Position numbers and translations under genes: made by a program
Notes under the pieces: generated by a model
The model's database searches: none
Told to the model about the DNA's origin: nothing
Seen by the model: the letters and a program-made list of their open reading frames with translations, nothing else
Part shown: one piece after another, positions 13,135 through 27,443 of the stretch
Layout of the letters: each line of letters begins with the position of its first letter
How positions within the stretch are numbered: the first letter of the stretch is position 1
Assembly (NCBI RefSeq): GCF_009914755.1
Contig: NC_060928.1
Source: the human T2T-CHM13v2.0 reference genome, Homo sapiens
Length of the DNA: 64,000 nucleotides
Direction: 5' to 3' (one strand)

Positions 13135-14019
13135 TGTGTCCACAGTTCGTTCCTTCCAGTGGATTCTTGGTCTCACTGACTTCAACAATGAAGCCACAGA
13201 CCCTTGTGGTGAGTGTTACAGTTTTTAAAGATGGTGTGTCCGGAGTTTGTTCCCTCAGATGTTCATATGTCCAGAGTTTCTTCCTTCCATTGGGTTCATG
13301 GTCTCCCTTGACTTCAGGAGTGAAGCCGCAGCCCTTCGCATTGAGTGTTACAGCTCTTAGAGGTGGCGTGTCTGCAATTGTTTGTTCCTCCCGGTGGGTT
13401 CGTGGTCTTGCTGACTTCAGGAGTGAAGCCCCAAACCTTCACAGTGAGTGTTACAGCTCATAAAGGTAATGCAGACCCAAAGAGTGAGCAGCAGCAAGAT
13501 TTACTGTGAAGAGCAGAAGAACAAAGCTTCCACTGTGTGGAAGGGACCTGAGCAGGTTGTCACTGCTGGCTCAGGTGGCCAGCTTTTATTCCCTTATTTG
13601 GCCCTGCCCACACCCTGCTGATTGGTCCATTTTACAGAGCACTGATTGGTCCATTTTACAGAGTGCTGATTGATCCGTTTTTACAGAGTGCTGATTGATG
13701 TGTTTACAAACCTTTAGCTAGACACAGAGCACTGATTGGTGCGTTTTTACAGAGTACTGATTGGTGCATTTACAAACCTTTAGCTAGACACAGGGCACTG
13801 ATTGGTGCATTTTTACAGAGTGCTGATTGATGCACTTAAAAACCTTTAGCTAGACACAGAGCGCCTATTGGTGCGTTTTTACAGAGTGCTGATTGGTGCA
13901 TTTACAAACCTTTAGCTATACACAGAGTGCTGATTGGTGTGTTTACAACCCTTTAGCTAGACAGAAAAGTTCTCCACGTCCCTACTCAACCCAGGAAGTC
14001 CAGCTGGCTTCACCTCTCA
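13135..14019 (-). mobile_element. Solo LTR12 (ERV9 family)
   Basis: TGAGAGGTGAAGCCAGCTGG...GGACACA on the minus strand; tandem CCAATCAGCACTCTG/TCTAGCTAAAGG repeats; TSD GAAC at 13131-13134 and 14020-14023. Confidence 0.92.
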
Positions 14020-15019
14020 GAACCACTGGAAAAAAATCCCCTCATGACTGAAGAGTAGCTACCTAAACTTTTGATTCATTGTCAGCTGCAATGGGTGGGT
14101 CTAGCTGTGGCCTCCTTGAACTCTTTACCTTCCCACCCTGCTACAGGCAGTAGTTTTCTGTCTCTGCTTTTCCCTTCCTATCTTTTCTATTACTCAGGGC
14201 AGCCCTCTTGCCAAGAGACTAGTTGTTGAAACTCCTAGTCAGAGGTTGGATTAAAGATAAAAGGGCTCATCTGGGGGCAAATTTAAGTCTTGACAGTTTG
14301 ATATTGGGTGATATGCAGAGTGGCTAATGTCTGTGTTTTATCACATATATTTTGCTTTGACCAGAGTGATAAAAGGTAATTTTCTTTTATGATGCAGCTT
14401 GGCCCCCAGGGTGATCATGTGGTAAGCTGGGTTACCAGGACCACTCAGGGAAAGAAAATCTGGAAGTCTGACATACTGGTGACACAGCTTTGATGACTGG
14501 AGTAACACCAGGGTGCTTGGTCTTGTGCCAGTTTAGATAAAAACACACGGACAAATGTGGAGTGTTTTTAAGGACTGAAAAGTTTAACAGGTGAGAAAAA
14601 AGGAAGGAAGAAGAAAACAGCTCACCTCTTAAGAGACAGAAGGAGGGGCAATTCGAACAAAGAGAAAATCCTGTGTGTGGTGGACATGTGACTACTTACG
14701 TTGGGATGCTGGAAAAGGTGGTGTCTGGTTTCCATACTGCCCAGGGGATTGGTTTGACCAGGTATTCATTTATGTAGCCTGTGAAAAACCTGGCCCTCCC
14801 ACCGTAGGGCTTTAATATGCAAATGCAGTTCACCATGATGTTCCAAACACAAGGTGTTATCTGGAGGTGGCCGTGACACTTCCTACACGTGGTGACAAGA
14901 AAAAGACTATGAGAATCACCCTGTTGAGTGAATCCAGTTTCTAATGGTTGGCATTTGCATATCAAAGCTTGCCAGCCCAGCCCCTTAAGCCACCTTTTCT
15001 GTTAGAAAAGAGATGGTTT

Positions 15020-15300
15020 GGCCTAGTGAGGTGGCTTATGCCTGTAATCCCAGGACTTTGGGAGGCTGAGGACAGCAGATCACAAGGTCAGGAGTTTGAG
15101 ACCAGCCTGGCCAAGATGATGAAACCCCGTCTCTACTAAAAACACAAAAATTAGGTGGGTATGGCGGCAAGCACCTGTAGTCCCAGCTACTCAGGTGGCT
15201 AAGGCAGAAGAATAGCTTGGAGCCGGGAGGTGGAGATAGTGCTACTGCACTCCATCCTGGGTGACAGAGTGAGACTTTGTGTCAAAAAAAAAGAAAAAAG
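15020..15300 (+). mobile_element. Alu (AluS-like)
   Basis: GGCC start, A-tail, TSD AAAGAGAT(G/A)GTTT. Confidence 0.95.
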
Positions 15301-15325
15301 GAAAGAGATAGTTTGGGGGTTGTTT

Positions 15326-15646
<321 letters not shown>

Positions 15647-17229
15647 TGAGAGTTGTTTCTTATTAAAGGAAAGTTTCCACTGAGAACCTTTACCCTTACT
15701 ATCTTCCTAAAAATGATTTCTTAATAACTCCTGTATCACTGGCAAAAGGGTAATAATAATTTATTAGCAGTCAGATTTCTGGCTATTCTCCCTCTTTTTC
15801 TCTGTGCAAACTGGTTAAATGAATGGTAAAAATCACTGTTTATCTCCTCTGTGACGTTTTAATTAATACAAAAAAAAAGAATTCTGAGGTTGGTCTTAAG
15901 CTGTAGTGAATCTGGTGTGCTTTTTGTGTCTTTCTGTATTATTCTTTCATAAAGATGGGTACCTTAGGAAAAAATGCATGCCTAAAACCTTCTAAGCCTG
16001 CTGTACAAGGTGGCTTAGCACACTGGTCAGTTAGGTCCTTGGGAGCTTGACCTTGTAACCATGTGGCCATGTTTCTCTATTCACAATGGCAGCCTAGATT
16101 CAGGGTTTAATCCCTAGCTTAGGGGATGAGCCTTTCTGATTGATATTTGGGTGACCTTAGCCACTTTTAATTCTCTTTCCTCCACGAACTATCTTAAATT
16201 TTTCTTTTTCAGAGAACCTGTAAGGTTACTTTAGGTAAAGTTTAAAAGCATAGAATATTGGCAGTTTAGTCTGGTCTCTCTTCAATTGGAATGACAAGAG
16301 CCAAAAGAAATGTGCAACCATGAGGATCTCATAACCTTTCAATATCGTACTGAGACCAGAAACCCAAAATGATGGTAGAGAGTGGTGCTAAGCCCTATGT
16401 TTTGGTCACACTCTCACCTAACAGACAACCTGACCAAAAGGGGAATTTTTTTTAACAAAATTATGGGAAACCATTATTTTGAACTAAGCTCTTGTCCTAG
16501 GCCCCAACAGACCAAACCAAACTAAAATGGAGAGTCACTTGTGCTAAATGTGATACAATTAAACTAAGACGTTAAGGAAACACAGATCCTAGAACAGACC
16601 AGGTTTTGTTTTTCTCCTTTAAACACGATGTTCCAGCATAAAAATGTACCCTTTACTCATTCCTTTTTCCTAACTTTGAGTAACTCACTGTTCTCTGTTT
16701 CCCAGTGGGTTTCAAGACCAAATAAATACATTTACAATGGTGAGAGTGACATCAATAACTAAAGTTTTGGTCAATCTCTCATAATTGAGAAAATGACCAA
16801 AAAGGGGAATTGTTAAAGTGAACTAAATATAGACTGAGAAGGACTCCATGCTTTTATATTTGAGTCCTTGTGGACAAACTGCAACCTAGCTTAACAGGTA
16901 GACAAGATCAAAAACCTAACTTAGGAATATGCACCTATAAAAATAACTGAGTCTTGTCAATCCCAGAGGCCACACTTCAATCATTCATACGCTGCTGAGT
17001 GTTCAACCTTTAACCAGTCCAGCCATTCTGTACCTGACTTCCAATTTCTGTACATCATTTCCCTTTTTGGATCTAAAAATCTTTTTCCATGATGTGGCTG
17101 TGCTAGAGTCTCTGTGAATCTGCTGTGATTCTGGGAGCTGCCTGAATCGTGAAATATTTATTGTTCAACTAAACTCCTTTACATTTAATTCAGCTGAGGT
17201 TTTGTGTGTGTGTGTGTCTGTGTTGGATG

Positions 17230-17260
<31 letters not shown>

Positions 17261-17267
17261 TTAATCA

Positions 17268-17625
17268 AGCATATGCCCATGAGTTTTTCTGCAGTAGTGG
17301 AAAATACGTTCAAATGTATCTTTGGGCACACCTTTTATCTGTGCATTGATTGATCCTGTAAAAACTTTCTACAATTTGTCTTTAGTAGTGCAATATGTAG
17401 AAAAAGTTTAAATTTAATACTAGATGGTTTGTCAAGATCAAAGAAAATGAAAGATAAAGCTCTAGGACAGTCACCTCATGACCTTTCTGGACAAATTCAT
17501 CCAGTGCTCACTTAACATTGACCAATGTCTTTCTTCCACCAGCACCTTCCCACAACTCCACTAGCTAAAGTAACAACTCAACTCAACTGTAGGGGGAGCA
17601 AAACCAAAGTCCATTTCATAGACAC
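17268..17625 (-). pseudogene. UGT2B pseudogene exon 1, 5' part
   Basis: GTG TCT ATG AAA TGG ACT...TGT GGG AAG GTG CTG GTG...CAG AAA GGT CAT GAG GTG ACT GTC...CCC AAA GAT ACA TTT; frameshifted. Confidence 0.9.
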
Positions 17626-17733
17626 TCTGGTTAAATGCAATGCATCTCTTTGAACTACTCTTCTCTATGCCATTGCTGTTGCTTATATCTAAGGAGAAAT
17701 CATCAAGAACTTAAAATAAAACCTTTTCACATC

Positions 17734-18406
<673 letters not shown>

Positions 18407-18812
18407 ATGTCAAAGTAAATACATTATATGAACAATCACAGTTTTTGGATGGCAAATGGATAAAGAAAAGGTAGATGGCCTCATGCTTACAAGAGCATGT
18501 TAATGTCTCTTAAATTGTTAAAAGTGGTTTACCCCCCAGTAGAAGTTAAACTTGAATATGCTAGAAACCTAAGTCATGTAAGAGGATTTTAAGTGGCAAG
18601 ACCAGTGGGAAGTGTGCAGCTTCCTTGCCTGCAGTCTTCTTGACACAGAACTGGAAATAAAGTAATTATACAGCTGAATCAGCAGTTATTCGATATCATG
18701 GTTCAAGATTCATTCTGTGTGTAAAAAATTTGTACACATACAATTTACATATTATATATGTATTATTATACATATATAATAACAATTTACATATTAAAAG
18801 TGACAATTCAAT

Positions 18813-19078
18813 GGAGGGGCATGGTGGTTCACACCCATAGTCCAAGTACTTTGGGAGGCTAAGGCAGGTAGATCACTTGAGCCCAGTGGTTCAAGACCAG
18901 CCTGGGCAACATGGTGAAATCCTGTCTCTACAAAAACAAAAACAAAAACAAAAACAAAAAACAAAAATTAGCCATGAATGGTGGTGCGTGGCTGTAGTCC
19001 CAGCTACTTGGGAAGCTGAGGTGGGAGGATTCCTTGAGCCCAGGAGGTCTAGGCTGCAATAAGCAGAGATTGTGCCAC
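18813..19078 (+). mobile_element. Alu (AluJ-like), lacking its tail
   Basis: Alu body with (CAAAAA)n linker, abutting an L1 fragment. Confidence 0.88.
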
Positions 19079-19079
19079 G

Positions 19080-20240
19080 TGTTATTTGATGTGCAAAAGT
19101 TTTGATTTTGATGTAGTCCAATTTATCAATTTTAATTTTGTCTCTTCTGTTTTTGGTGTCATATCTAAAAACCTTGACACATTCAAGGTTACAAAGTTAT
19201 ACTCATATTCTTTCTCCTAAAATTTTTATAATTCTAGCTCTTATATTTAGGTTTTGATATAGTTTGAGTTCATTTTTGTGTATGGTTTGAGGGAAGAAGT
19301 TCAATTTCATTCTGTTGCACATAAATAATCAGTTTGCTCATTGGCATTTGTTAAAGAGGCTATACTTTCATCATTGTCTATACAATGACATTCTTGTCAA
19401 AAATCAGTTGACCCTATGTGTGGCTGTATTTCTGGATTCTGAAGTCTTTTCAAATGGTGCATGTGTCTCACTGTATACCTGTACCCTACTGTCTTGATTA
19501 CTGTAGATTTGTTTTATGTTTTCTAGCTTTGTTCTTTTTTGCCAAAATGGCTTTGGTTATATTTAGATTTCTTATATATCTATATGAATTTTAGAATCAG
19601 CTTGTGAGTGTATGCTAAGAAACCAACTGAAGTCTTGATGGGGCCATGACAGGGTCTTGATAGGTTCAATCTATGTATCAATTTGGCAAATAAAGGCAAT
19701 GCTACTATAATGTTTTTCAAATCAGGAATATGAGATATGTTTTCATTCATTTAGATCTTTAATTTCTTTCCACAATTTTTAGTAATTTTCACAATTTACA
19801 TTTTGTATTTCTTTTGTTAAAGTTATCCTAAGTATTTTATTCTTTCTGATGGTATTTTATGTAAAATTGTATTCTTAATATCATATAGAATAATTTATTG
19901 CAATTATGTGGAAATACAAATAATTTTAATATATTGATCTTATGTCCTAAAATTTTTGTTTTTTTTTGAGCAAATACTTTTATAGTGGATTCATTAAGAT
20001 GTTCTGTATATAAGATCATTCCATATACCAATAAAGATAGTTTTATTATCTTCCTTTCCAATATGGATTTGATTTATTTTATGTTTTTGCCTAATGGTCT
20101 TGCCAAAATCTCCAAATCAATTTTGAATGAAAGTGAAGAGAGTTGATTTCTTTCTCTTGTTCTTTACCTTAGGAAAAAAAAATCATTTAGGCTTTTCTAT
20201 TAAGTGTGCCATTAGCTTTTTTTTTTTTTTTTTTTTGCAG
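19080..20240 (-). mobile_element. Old L1M ORF2 fragment
   Basis: ORF 19837-20061 (IKLSLL...MILY...KINI) is ORF2 RT-like. Confidence 0.8.
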
Positions 20241-20248
20241 ATACTCTT

Positions 20249-21000
20249 TCTATTAGTCTGTTTTTACACTGCTTTAAAGAACTACTTGAGACTATAACTT
20301 ATGAAGGAAAAAGGTTTAATTGACTCACAGTAGTGCAGGCTTAACAGGAAGCATGACTGGGAGGCTGGAGGAAACTTAACAATCATGACAGAAGGCAAAG
20401 GAGAAATTAGAACCATCTTCTCATGGTGTCAGGAGAGTAGGAGTGAAAGGGTAAGAGCCACACAGTTTTAAACCATTATATCTCATGAGAACTTATTCAC
20501 TATCATGGGATCAGGGATCAGCAAGGGAGAAATCAGCTCCCATGATCCAGTCACCTCCCACCAGGCCACTCCTTCAATTCGACATGTATTTTGGGTGGGA
20601 ACAAAAATCCAAACCTTATTATTCTGCCCCTGTCCCCTCCCAAATCTCATGTTCTCCTCATATTGCAAAATATCATTATCCCTTCCAAACAATCTCCAGT
20701 CTTAACTCATTTCAGCATTAACTCAAAAGTCAACAGTCCAAAGTCTCATCTGAGACAAAGTAAGGCCCTTCCACTTATGACATGTAAAATTAAAAACAAG
20801 TTAGTTAATTTCAAGATGTCATTAGCGTACATCCATTGCATCAATGCTCCTCTTCCAAAAGGGAGAAATTTGCCAAAACAAAGAAGCTACAGGCCCCATG
20901 CAGGTGCGAAACCCTGCAGGGAAGTCATTAAATTTTAAACCTCCAAAATAATTTCCTTTAACTCCATGTCCCATTTCCAGGCCACACTAATACAACAGGT
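20249..21000 (-). mobile_element. MaLR (MST/THE1-type) LTR plus internal fragment
   Basis: TATTAGTC...TTTAATTGACTCACAG...CCCATGATCCAGTCACCTCCCACCAGG, then internal sequence. Confidence 0.8.
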
Positions 21001-21900
21001 AGGATTTCTTTTTGGTTTATATCCATTGCTGGTGAGCTAGTGTGATTTTTGAGGGTGGTAAAGAACCTTGTTTTGTCATATTACCAGAATTGTTTTTCTG
21101 GTTTCTTCTCTTTTGGGTAGACTATGTCAGATGGAAGATCTAGGGCTCAAGGCTGCTGTTCAGATTCTTTTGTCTCATAGGGTGTTCCCTTGATGTAGTA
21201 GCTGCTGTGGGTGTTGGGGGTGTGGTTCCCAGGTCAATAGAGTTATAATCCCAGAAGGATTATGGCTTCCTCTGCTATGTCATGCAGGTTGTCAGGAAAG
21301 TGGGGGAAAGCTGACAGTTACAGGCCTCACCCAGCACCCATGCAACCCAATAGACCGGTCTCACTTCCACCATGCGCTTACCAACAGCACCAACTTTATT
21401 TCTAGTCAATGGGTGAGCAGGGCTGAGAGCTTGCTCCAGGCTACCAGCCTCCCAGCTGAGAAAGCAAGCAGGGTGTTCACACCTCCCCACCTGTTGAGTC
21501 TACACACCAATTCACATACTCTCTGGAGTTCTGACCAGGAGATTTTGCATTCTATTGGAATTGTTGCAAAGTTCAGCTGGAGGTTTCCTTCTCCCTGTGG
21601 TCTTTTCCCAGTTCCTCTGGCAGCCCTCCCCAAGGACCCCTGTGAGACAAGACAGAAATGGCTTCCCTGGAAACCCAGAGAATCCACAGGGCTTTTCCCG
21701 CTGCTTCCTGTACCCCTGTATTTCACTCTGCTCTCTAATTGACTCAGCTCCAGGTCAGGTCAACTTCTGTGGTCTGAAACTTTAGGTTTCCTGGTAAGGG
21801 TGTGTGTTCAAAGGCAGATGATCTCCTTTCCCACTTTCACAGTTTGGGCACTCACAGTCTTTGGGCTGTCTCCTGGGTCCTGCTGGATCCATCCCTTTTC
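21000..21900 (-). mobile_element. L1 (L1PB-like) 5' UTR/ORF1 fragment
   Basis: TCCATTGCTGGTGAGCTAGTGTGA and TTACCAGAATTGTTTTTCTGG motifs. Confidence 0.6.
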
Positions 21901-21918
21901 TACCTTCTTGTCATACAT

Positions 21919-22480
21919 TTGTTGAATATAGTTATTGATTCCACATCCATTTTTAGACTTAACTTGAGTTGTTTAAGAGCAAGTCATAGCCTGTCACTTT
22001 TGGCTTTGTGAAACTTCCCTTCCTTGTGTAGTTGTTTGTGACAGAGTACACTTGTTTCTCATCCCACTGACCCAGAAATGCAACATACCACAGAGCTGAT
22101 TACCATGAGATAACCTAATGGTCAACACCAGAATCAAATAATAATTTTCCCTCTTCATGTGTGTTTTCTTAAGATAGCCACTCCACAACTCCGGCAGACA
22201 AGACTAGGAAATAATGCTCATAGACCTTAAGAAAAGCACCCCCACAGCCCCCCACACAGGGATTCTCTCTATCACTTCCAGGCAGCTGGTTGAGCTCTCT
22301 GCCACTTCTGAATTTTCTGTCCGTTTTATGTCATTATCCTTAATATCTCTAGGAACTGTAATACATTTCTTCTATTTCATGCGTTTTGGTTTTATTTTAC
22401 ATTTCATTGTATTTTACCTGACACACACATCTGAATTTCACTTCCTCACCTCCATCAGAGCTTGGTTTATTGCAATTCTC
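21919..22480. mobile_element. Probable old LTR
   Basis: Compositional shift and LTR-like motifs. Family not resolved. Confidence 0.35.
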
Positions 22481-23119
22481 AAGGGACAGACTTCAATACA
22501 AAATTGGACAGAAACTGTAACAATATAAATCACAACACTGCTGAATATATTTAATAACAGAGCAACTAGGAAATAATAACTAATTCTTATACATCACAGA
22601 ATTTTCATTTAGGAACAAATAGGAGATGTAAAAATAAGGAAAAATAAAACACTTTGTTGAAGTTATGTACCTATTTGCCTTTAAAAAAACATTATCTACT
22701 AGGCTATAGAATGATGCCAACAGATAATGCCAGGTTGCAGGAGATGGAGGATGGGAGAATGCGAGATGACTGTCTAATGGGTATAAAGCTTCCTTTTGAA
22801 GTGACAAAATACTTTGGATCTAGAGAGTGGTGGTAGTGGCAAAATATTGCAAATATATTAAACGCCAATGAATTGTACACATTAAATGGTTAAAGTGTTT
22901 AATTTTGTGGCATAAAAATTTTTAACCAATTATTTAAAAAAGAACACAAGTGGATGGCCAGATTTGACCAAAAGGCCATAGTTTGTTAGCCCTTGTTTTA
23001 TGCTATAAATTTAATTCCCACATATTTGAAATAGTAAATTATGTCATTTTTATTATTTACATTACAAACACATCATGTTTTCAAATGGTACTATGTTTTT
23101 TGTGTATCTGTTGGTTTAC

Positions 23120-23417
23120 TTTTTTTTTTTTTTTTTCTTGACAGAGTCTCACTCTGTCACCAGGCTAGAGTGCAGTGGCGTGATCTCAGCTCACTGCAAC
23201 CTTCGACTCCTGGGGTTCAAGCGATTCTCCTGTCTCAGCCTCCTGAGTAGCTAGGACTGCAGGCACACTCCAGCATGCGCACCTAATTTTTGTATTTTTA
23301 GTAAGGATGGGGTTTCACTATGTTGGCCAGGATGTTCTTGACCTCTTGACCTTGTGATGCACCAACTTTGGTCTCTCAAAGTGCTGGAATTACAGGTGTG
23401 AGCCACCATGCCTAGCC
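23120..23417 (-). mobile_element. Alu
   Basis: Reverse Alu with T-tail. Confidence 0.93.
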
Positions 23418-23539
23418 TGTACTACGCAATTTTATGAACAGTAAACTTGCTGTGGAAATTTTTTTATTTAATTATAAGAGTGCAAATTTTATTTTGATGT
23501 ATACAAAATTGTTTCTAGTACTTTACAATATTAGTGAAT

Positions 23540-23730
23540 CCCTTCTTTCAGCAACCCCTGAGGTAGATAATACTGTGACCAACATTGCCATTTCATTGGT
23601 GAGAAAGCTGAAGCAAATAAAGTTTAAATACCTTGTCCAACCCACACCATTATTTAGTGATTTCTCAGAGATTTGAATCAAGGTGACCTGAATTCAGAGT
23701 GCCAGCTCTTAACCACCATGTTATGCTGAC
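23540..23730 (-). mobile_element. MIR fragment
   Basis: CAACCCCTGAGGTAGAT...GAGAAAGCTGAAGCA...GATTTGAATCAAGG...CTCTTAACCAC core. Confidence 0.65.
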
Positions 23731-24784
23731 TCTTCTATTTGAGGTTTTTATAGCAATAATTTATTGGCATTATTTCTATTTAATTGAGCATCAGTAACTT
23801 TATCATCTTTGATATGTTATTTGCCATTTTTACTTTGAATTACCTATTCATACTTTCATCAACTTTTTATTAGATTTGTTTGTCTTTTTTGGTTGTTGTT
23901 TTGTAGTTGTCACTAAACAATGGAAACCAATCTATTGTTACATGTGTTGTAGGATAGGTTTAATGTAAATAAGCAGAGGTTTATAAGCATGATAAAACAA
24001 CATTATTAACCTTTGGCACTATATTAGTTCTGTGTTTCTTTATATATGTATCAGTTCCTGGATGATTTGTATGAAATATTCTGTTATAAACTTTTCCTAT
24101 AATTTCTCTAGCATCAATGTTATACTGTGTGTGTGTGTATATATATATATATATAGTCATGATTTATATATACATATATAAATATATATACATATGTAGT
24201 GAAATATATATATATAATATTTATATTTAAATCATTCCTTAGACTGGAGAATACTTGTGTGATAATTAGTAAATAGTAAGGCTTCTTACCAGCAAAGACA
24301 ACTAAGTTTTTGTCCATCTGGACCACTTTTATCATAAAGTGCTTCCCTGATGTGTATATTAAAGAAGGTTTATGGCTTGATTTAGCTATTTTCCACAAAA
24401 TTTATAAACTCATTGTATACTTTGTACACTTTTTGTCATCCTAAAAGATTTCATGCTTCTATTTTATATTTAGAGAAGAAATGGATCAAAAGACCCTGTG
24501 GAAAAAGAGAAAAATTAGAGATGATTATTTGAAGTATAGTATGTGGAATATAATTATTATTTCAAACTGTCTTCAATAAACACATTGAATTTTGCCACCT
24601 ATCTATTAGGTAACTAAATGATGCAGTGTCTTATTTTAAAAAAATGGACATGTATATGTACATGTATGTTTAGCAAGATTAAAAATACACTTAATCCCTT
24701 CATAATGAAATTCCTATATTATTACAACCAAAAATTAAGAACTTAACATTTGTCATTAAAGGTGAAAAATGAGAATAGAACCCA

Positions 24785-26145
24785 CAAGAAATTTAGAATT
24801 TTTTTTTGGTTCTGTGAATAAAGATGATGGTATTTTAATGGAAATTACATTGAATTTATAGATTGCTTTTGGTAGTATGGTCTTTTTCACAATATTTATT
24901 CAAGCCACAAATGAACACAGGATGTGTTTCCATTTGTTTGCATCATCTATGATTTATTTCAGAAGTGTTTTGTGGTCTTCTTTGTGGAGAACTTTCACCT
25001 TCTTGGTTAAGTATATTTGTAAGTATTTATTTTATTATTATTATTATTATTGCAGATGCTTTAATAGGGGTTGAGGTTTTTATTTGATTCTCAGCTTTGA
25101 TGTCCACATAGCCCAAGTAAGACTAAGCAAAAAAACAAACAACAACAACAAAAAAAACACACATCTGGAAGTGTCACATTACCTGACTTCAAACTATACT
25201 ACAAGGCTATAGTTAACAAAACAGCATGGTACTGGTATAAAAACAGGCATGTAGACCAATGAAACAGAATAGAGAATTCAGAAATAAAACTAAATACTTA
25301 TAGCCAACTAGTCTTTGACAAAGCAAACAAAAACATAAAATGGGGAAAGGAAAACCTATTCAACAAATGGTGCTGGGATAATTGGCAAGCCACATGTAGA
25401 AGAATGAAATTGGATACTCATCTCTCACCTTATACAAAGATCAACTCAAGATGAATCAAATAATTAAATCTAAGACCTGGAAGTATAAAAATTGTAGAAG
25501 ATAGCATCATAAAAACTGTTCTAGACATTTGTTTAGGCAAAGACTTCATGACCAAGAACCCAAAAGCAAAGGCAACCAAAACAAAGTTAAATAGATGGAA
25601 CTCAATTACACTAAACAGCTTCTGAACAGCGAAAGAGATAATCAGCAAAGTAAACAGATAACTCACAGAGTTAGAGAAAATCTTCACAAACTACACATCC
25701 CACAAAAGACTAATATCCACAATCTACAAAGTGCTGAAACAAATCAGCAAGACAAAAACAAATAATCCCTCAAAATGTGACTTAAGGACATGAATAGACA
25801 ATTTACAAAAGAAGATATACAAATGGTGAATGGCCATAGTTTAAAAATCCAAAAATAATAGATGTTGGCATGGTAGTAATAAGGGAACACATTTACACTG
25901 CTGGTGGGAATGCAAGCTAGTACAACCACTATGGCAAACAATATGGATATCCCTTAAATAACTAAAAGTAGAACTGCCATTTGATCCAGCAATTCCACTG
26001 CTGGACATCTATCTAGAGGAAAATAAGTCATTATATGAAAAAGACCCATATACACACATGTTTATAGCAGCACAATTCACAATTGCAAAACTGTGGAACC
26101 AGCCTAGATTCCCATCAGTCAATGGGTGGATAAAGAAAATGTGAG

Positions 26146-26202
<57 letters not shown>

Positions 26203-26708
26203 TATACACATACATATATAATTATATATATATACACATACATATATAATTATATATATCTAATATATATTATATATAAATATCACATTTACTTTAGCCA
26301 CTAGTTGGGGAATATATATATATACACACACATATATTATATATATATATATACACTACTCAGCCATCAAAATGGACAAAATAAACCTGGATGGAGTTGG
26401 AGACCATTATTCTAAGTGAAGTAATTCAGAAATATAAAACCAAACAATGTATGTTCTCACTTATAAGGGGGACCTAAGCTATTAGGACATAGAGGCATAA
26501 GAATGATATAATGGACTCTTGGAACTCAGAGGGAAGGGTAGGAGGGATGTGAGGGATAAAACAGTACACACTGGGTACAGTGTATACTTCTTGAGTAATG
26601 AGTGCACCAAAATCTGAAAAATCACCACTAAAGAGCTTATCCATGTAACCAAAAACCAGTTGTCACCCAAAAGCTATTGAAATACCTAAAAAACAAAGAA
26701 TAAAAAAA
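24785..26708 (+). mobile_element. 5'-inverted (twin-primed) L1PB-like element
   Basis: Minus-strand ORF2 piece at ~24785-25100 is contiguous in L1 coordinates with the plus-strand ORF2/3' UTR from 25105 to the A-tail. Internal (TA)n/(TG)n at 26146-26350. Confidence 0.8.
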
Positions 26709-26987
26709 GATGAATATTTTCAAATGAACAGAAAAATAGAATTGGCTCAAAAAACCAAACACATTGTAAAATTAGTTCATTTTGTAGTAGAAACCAGGTA
26801 GGAGTTGCTATATTTCTAATTCCACATACTTTTCACTGGGAAATGACTTAAGCTCTAAAATGGTAAGCATTTTTATCATACCTTTTAGGAAAAAAAATGA
26901 CGTTGAAGCACGATGCACAATAAAAGCCAAGCAGCACTAATCATCTCAAAATATCAAGAGGAAGAGACTTTCTATACAATTTAATTA

Positions 26988-26993
26988 TTTATT
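26988..26993 (-). terminator. UGT2B4: UGT2B4 distal polyadenylation signal
   Basis: AATAAA on the minus strand about 450 nt after the stop codon. A second AATAAA lies at 27408-27413. Confidence 0.7.
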
Positions 26994-27443
26994 AGTTTCC
27001 TCAACAACAGTTAAAACAACACAATCCTGCATGAAATGGATCCAAAGTATGCTGAGTATTTGCAAAACAGTACTGATACTGTCAGTGGACTTCTTAATGT
27101 TCTTGTTTCCATGTACAATGTGTGACATGTAGTTAAGCTTAGTAAATTTTTTTTCATGTAACCTGTGAATTGGAACAATAAATTTCAATATAAGCTCAAT
27201 ACATTTCAATATAACCTCGTATGGCTTTATATCATTTTTGTTTTCCCTAATGTTTTCCTCCTTGACATGAAATATTTCTAATGGTTAAACAGGTACTAAA
27301 ACAAATTTTGACTTGACAAGGTAAGTTTTGAAAGATGTTTTGTCACAAGAAGAAAGGAATCTCTTGTATCACAACGTCTTCTTGTTGTAATAAACTAAAG
27401 GAGTTCATTTATTGGGTTTCCCAGCTTCCAGCCTCAGACGTAA

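Noticed and set aside
13615-13965. Regularly spaced repeats resembling a CRISPR array
   Set aside because: These are LTR12 U3 tandem repeats, with no unique spacers and no cas genes, in eukaryotic DNA.
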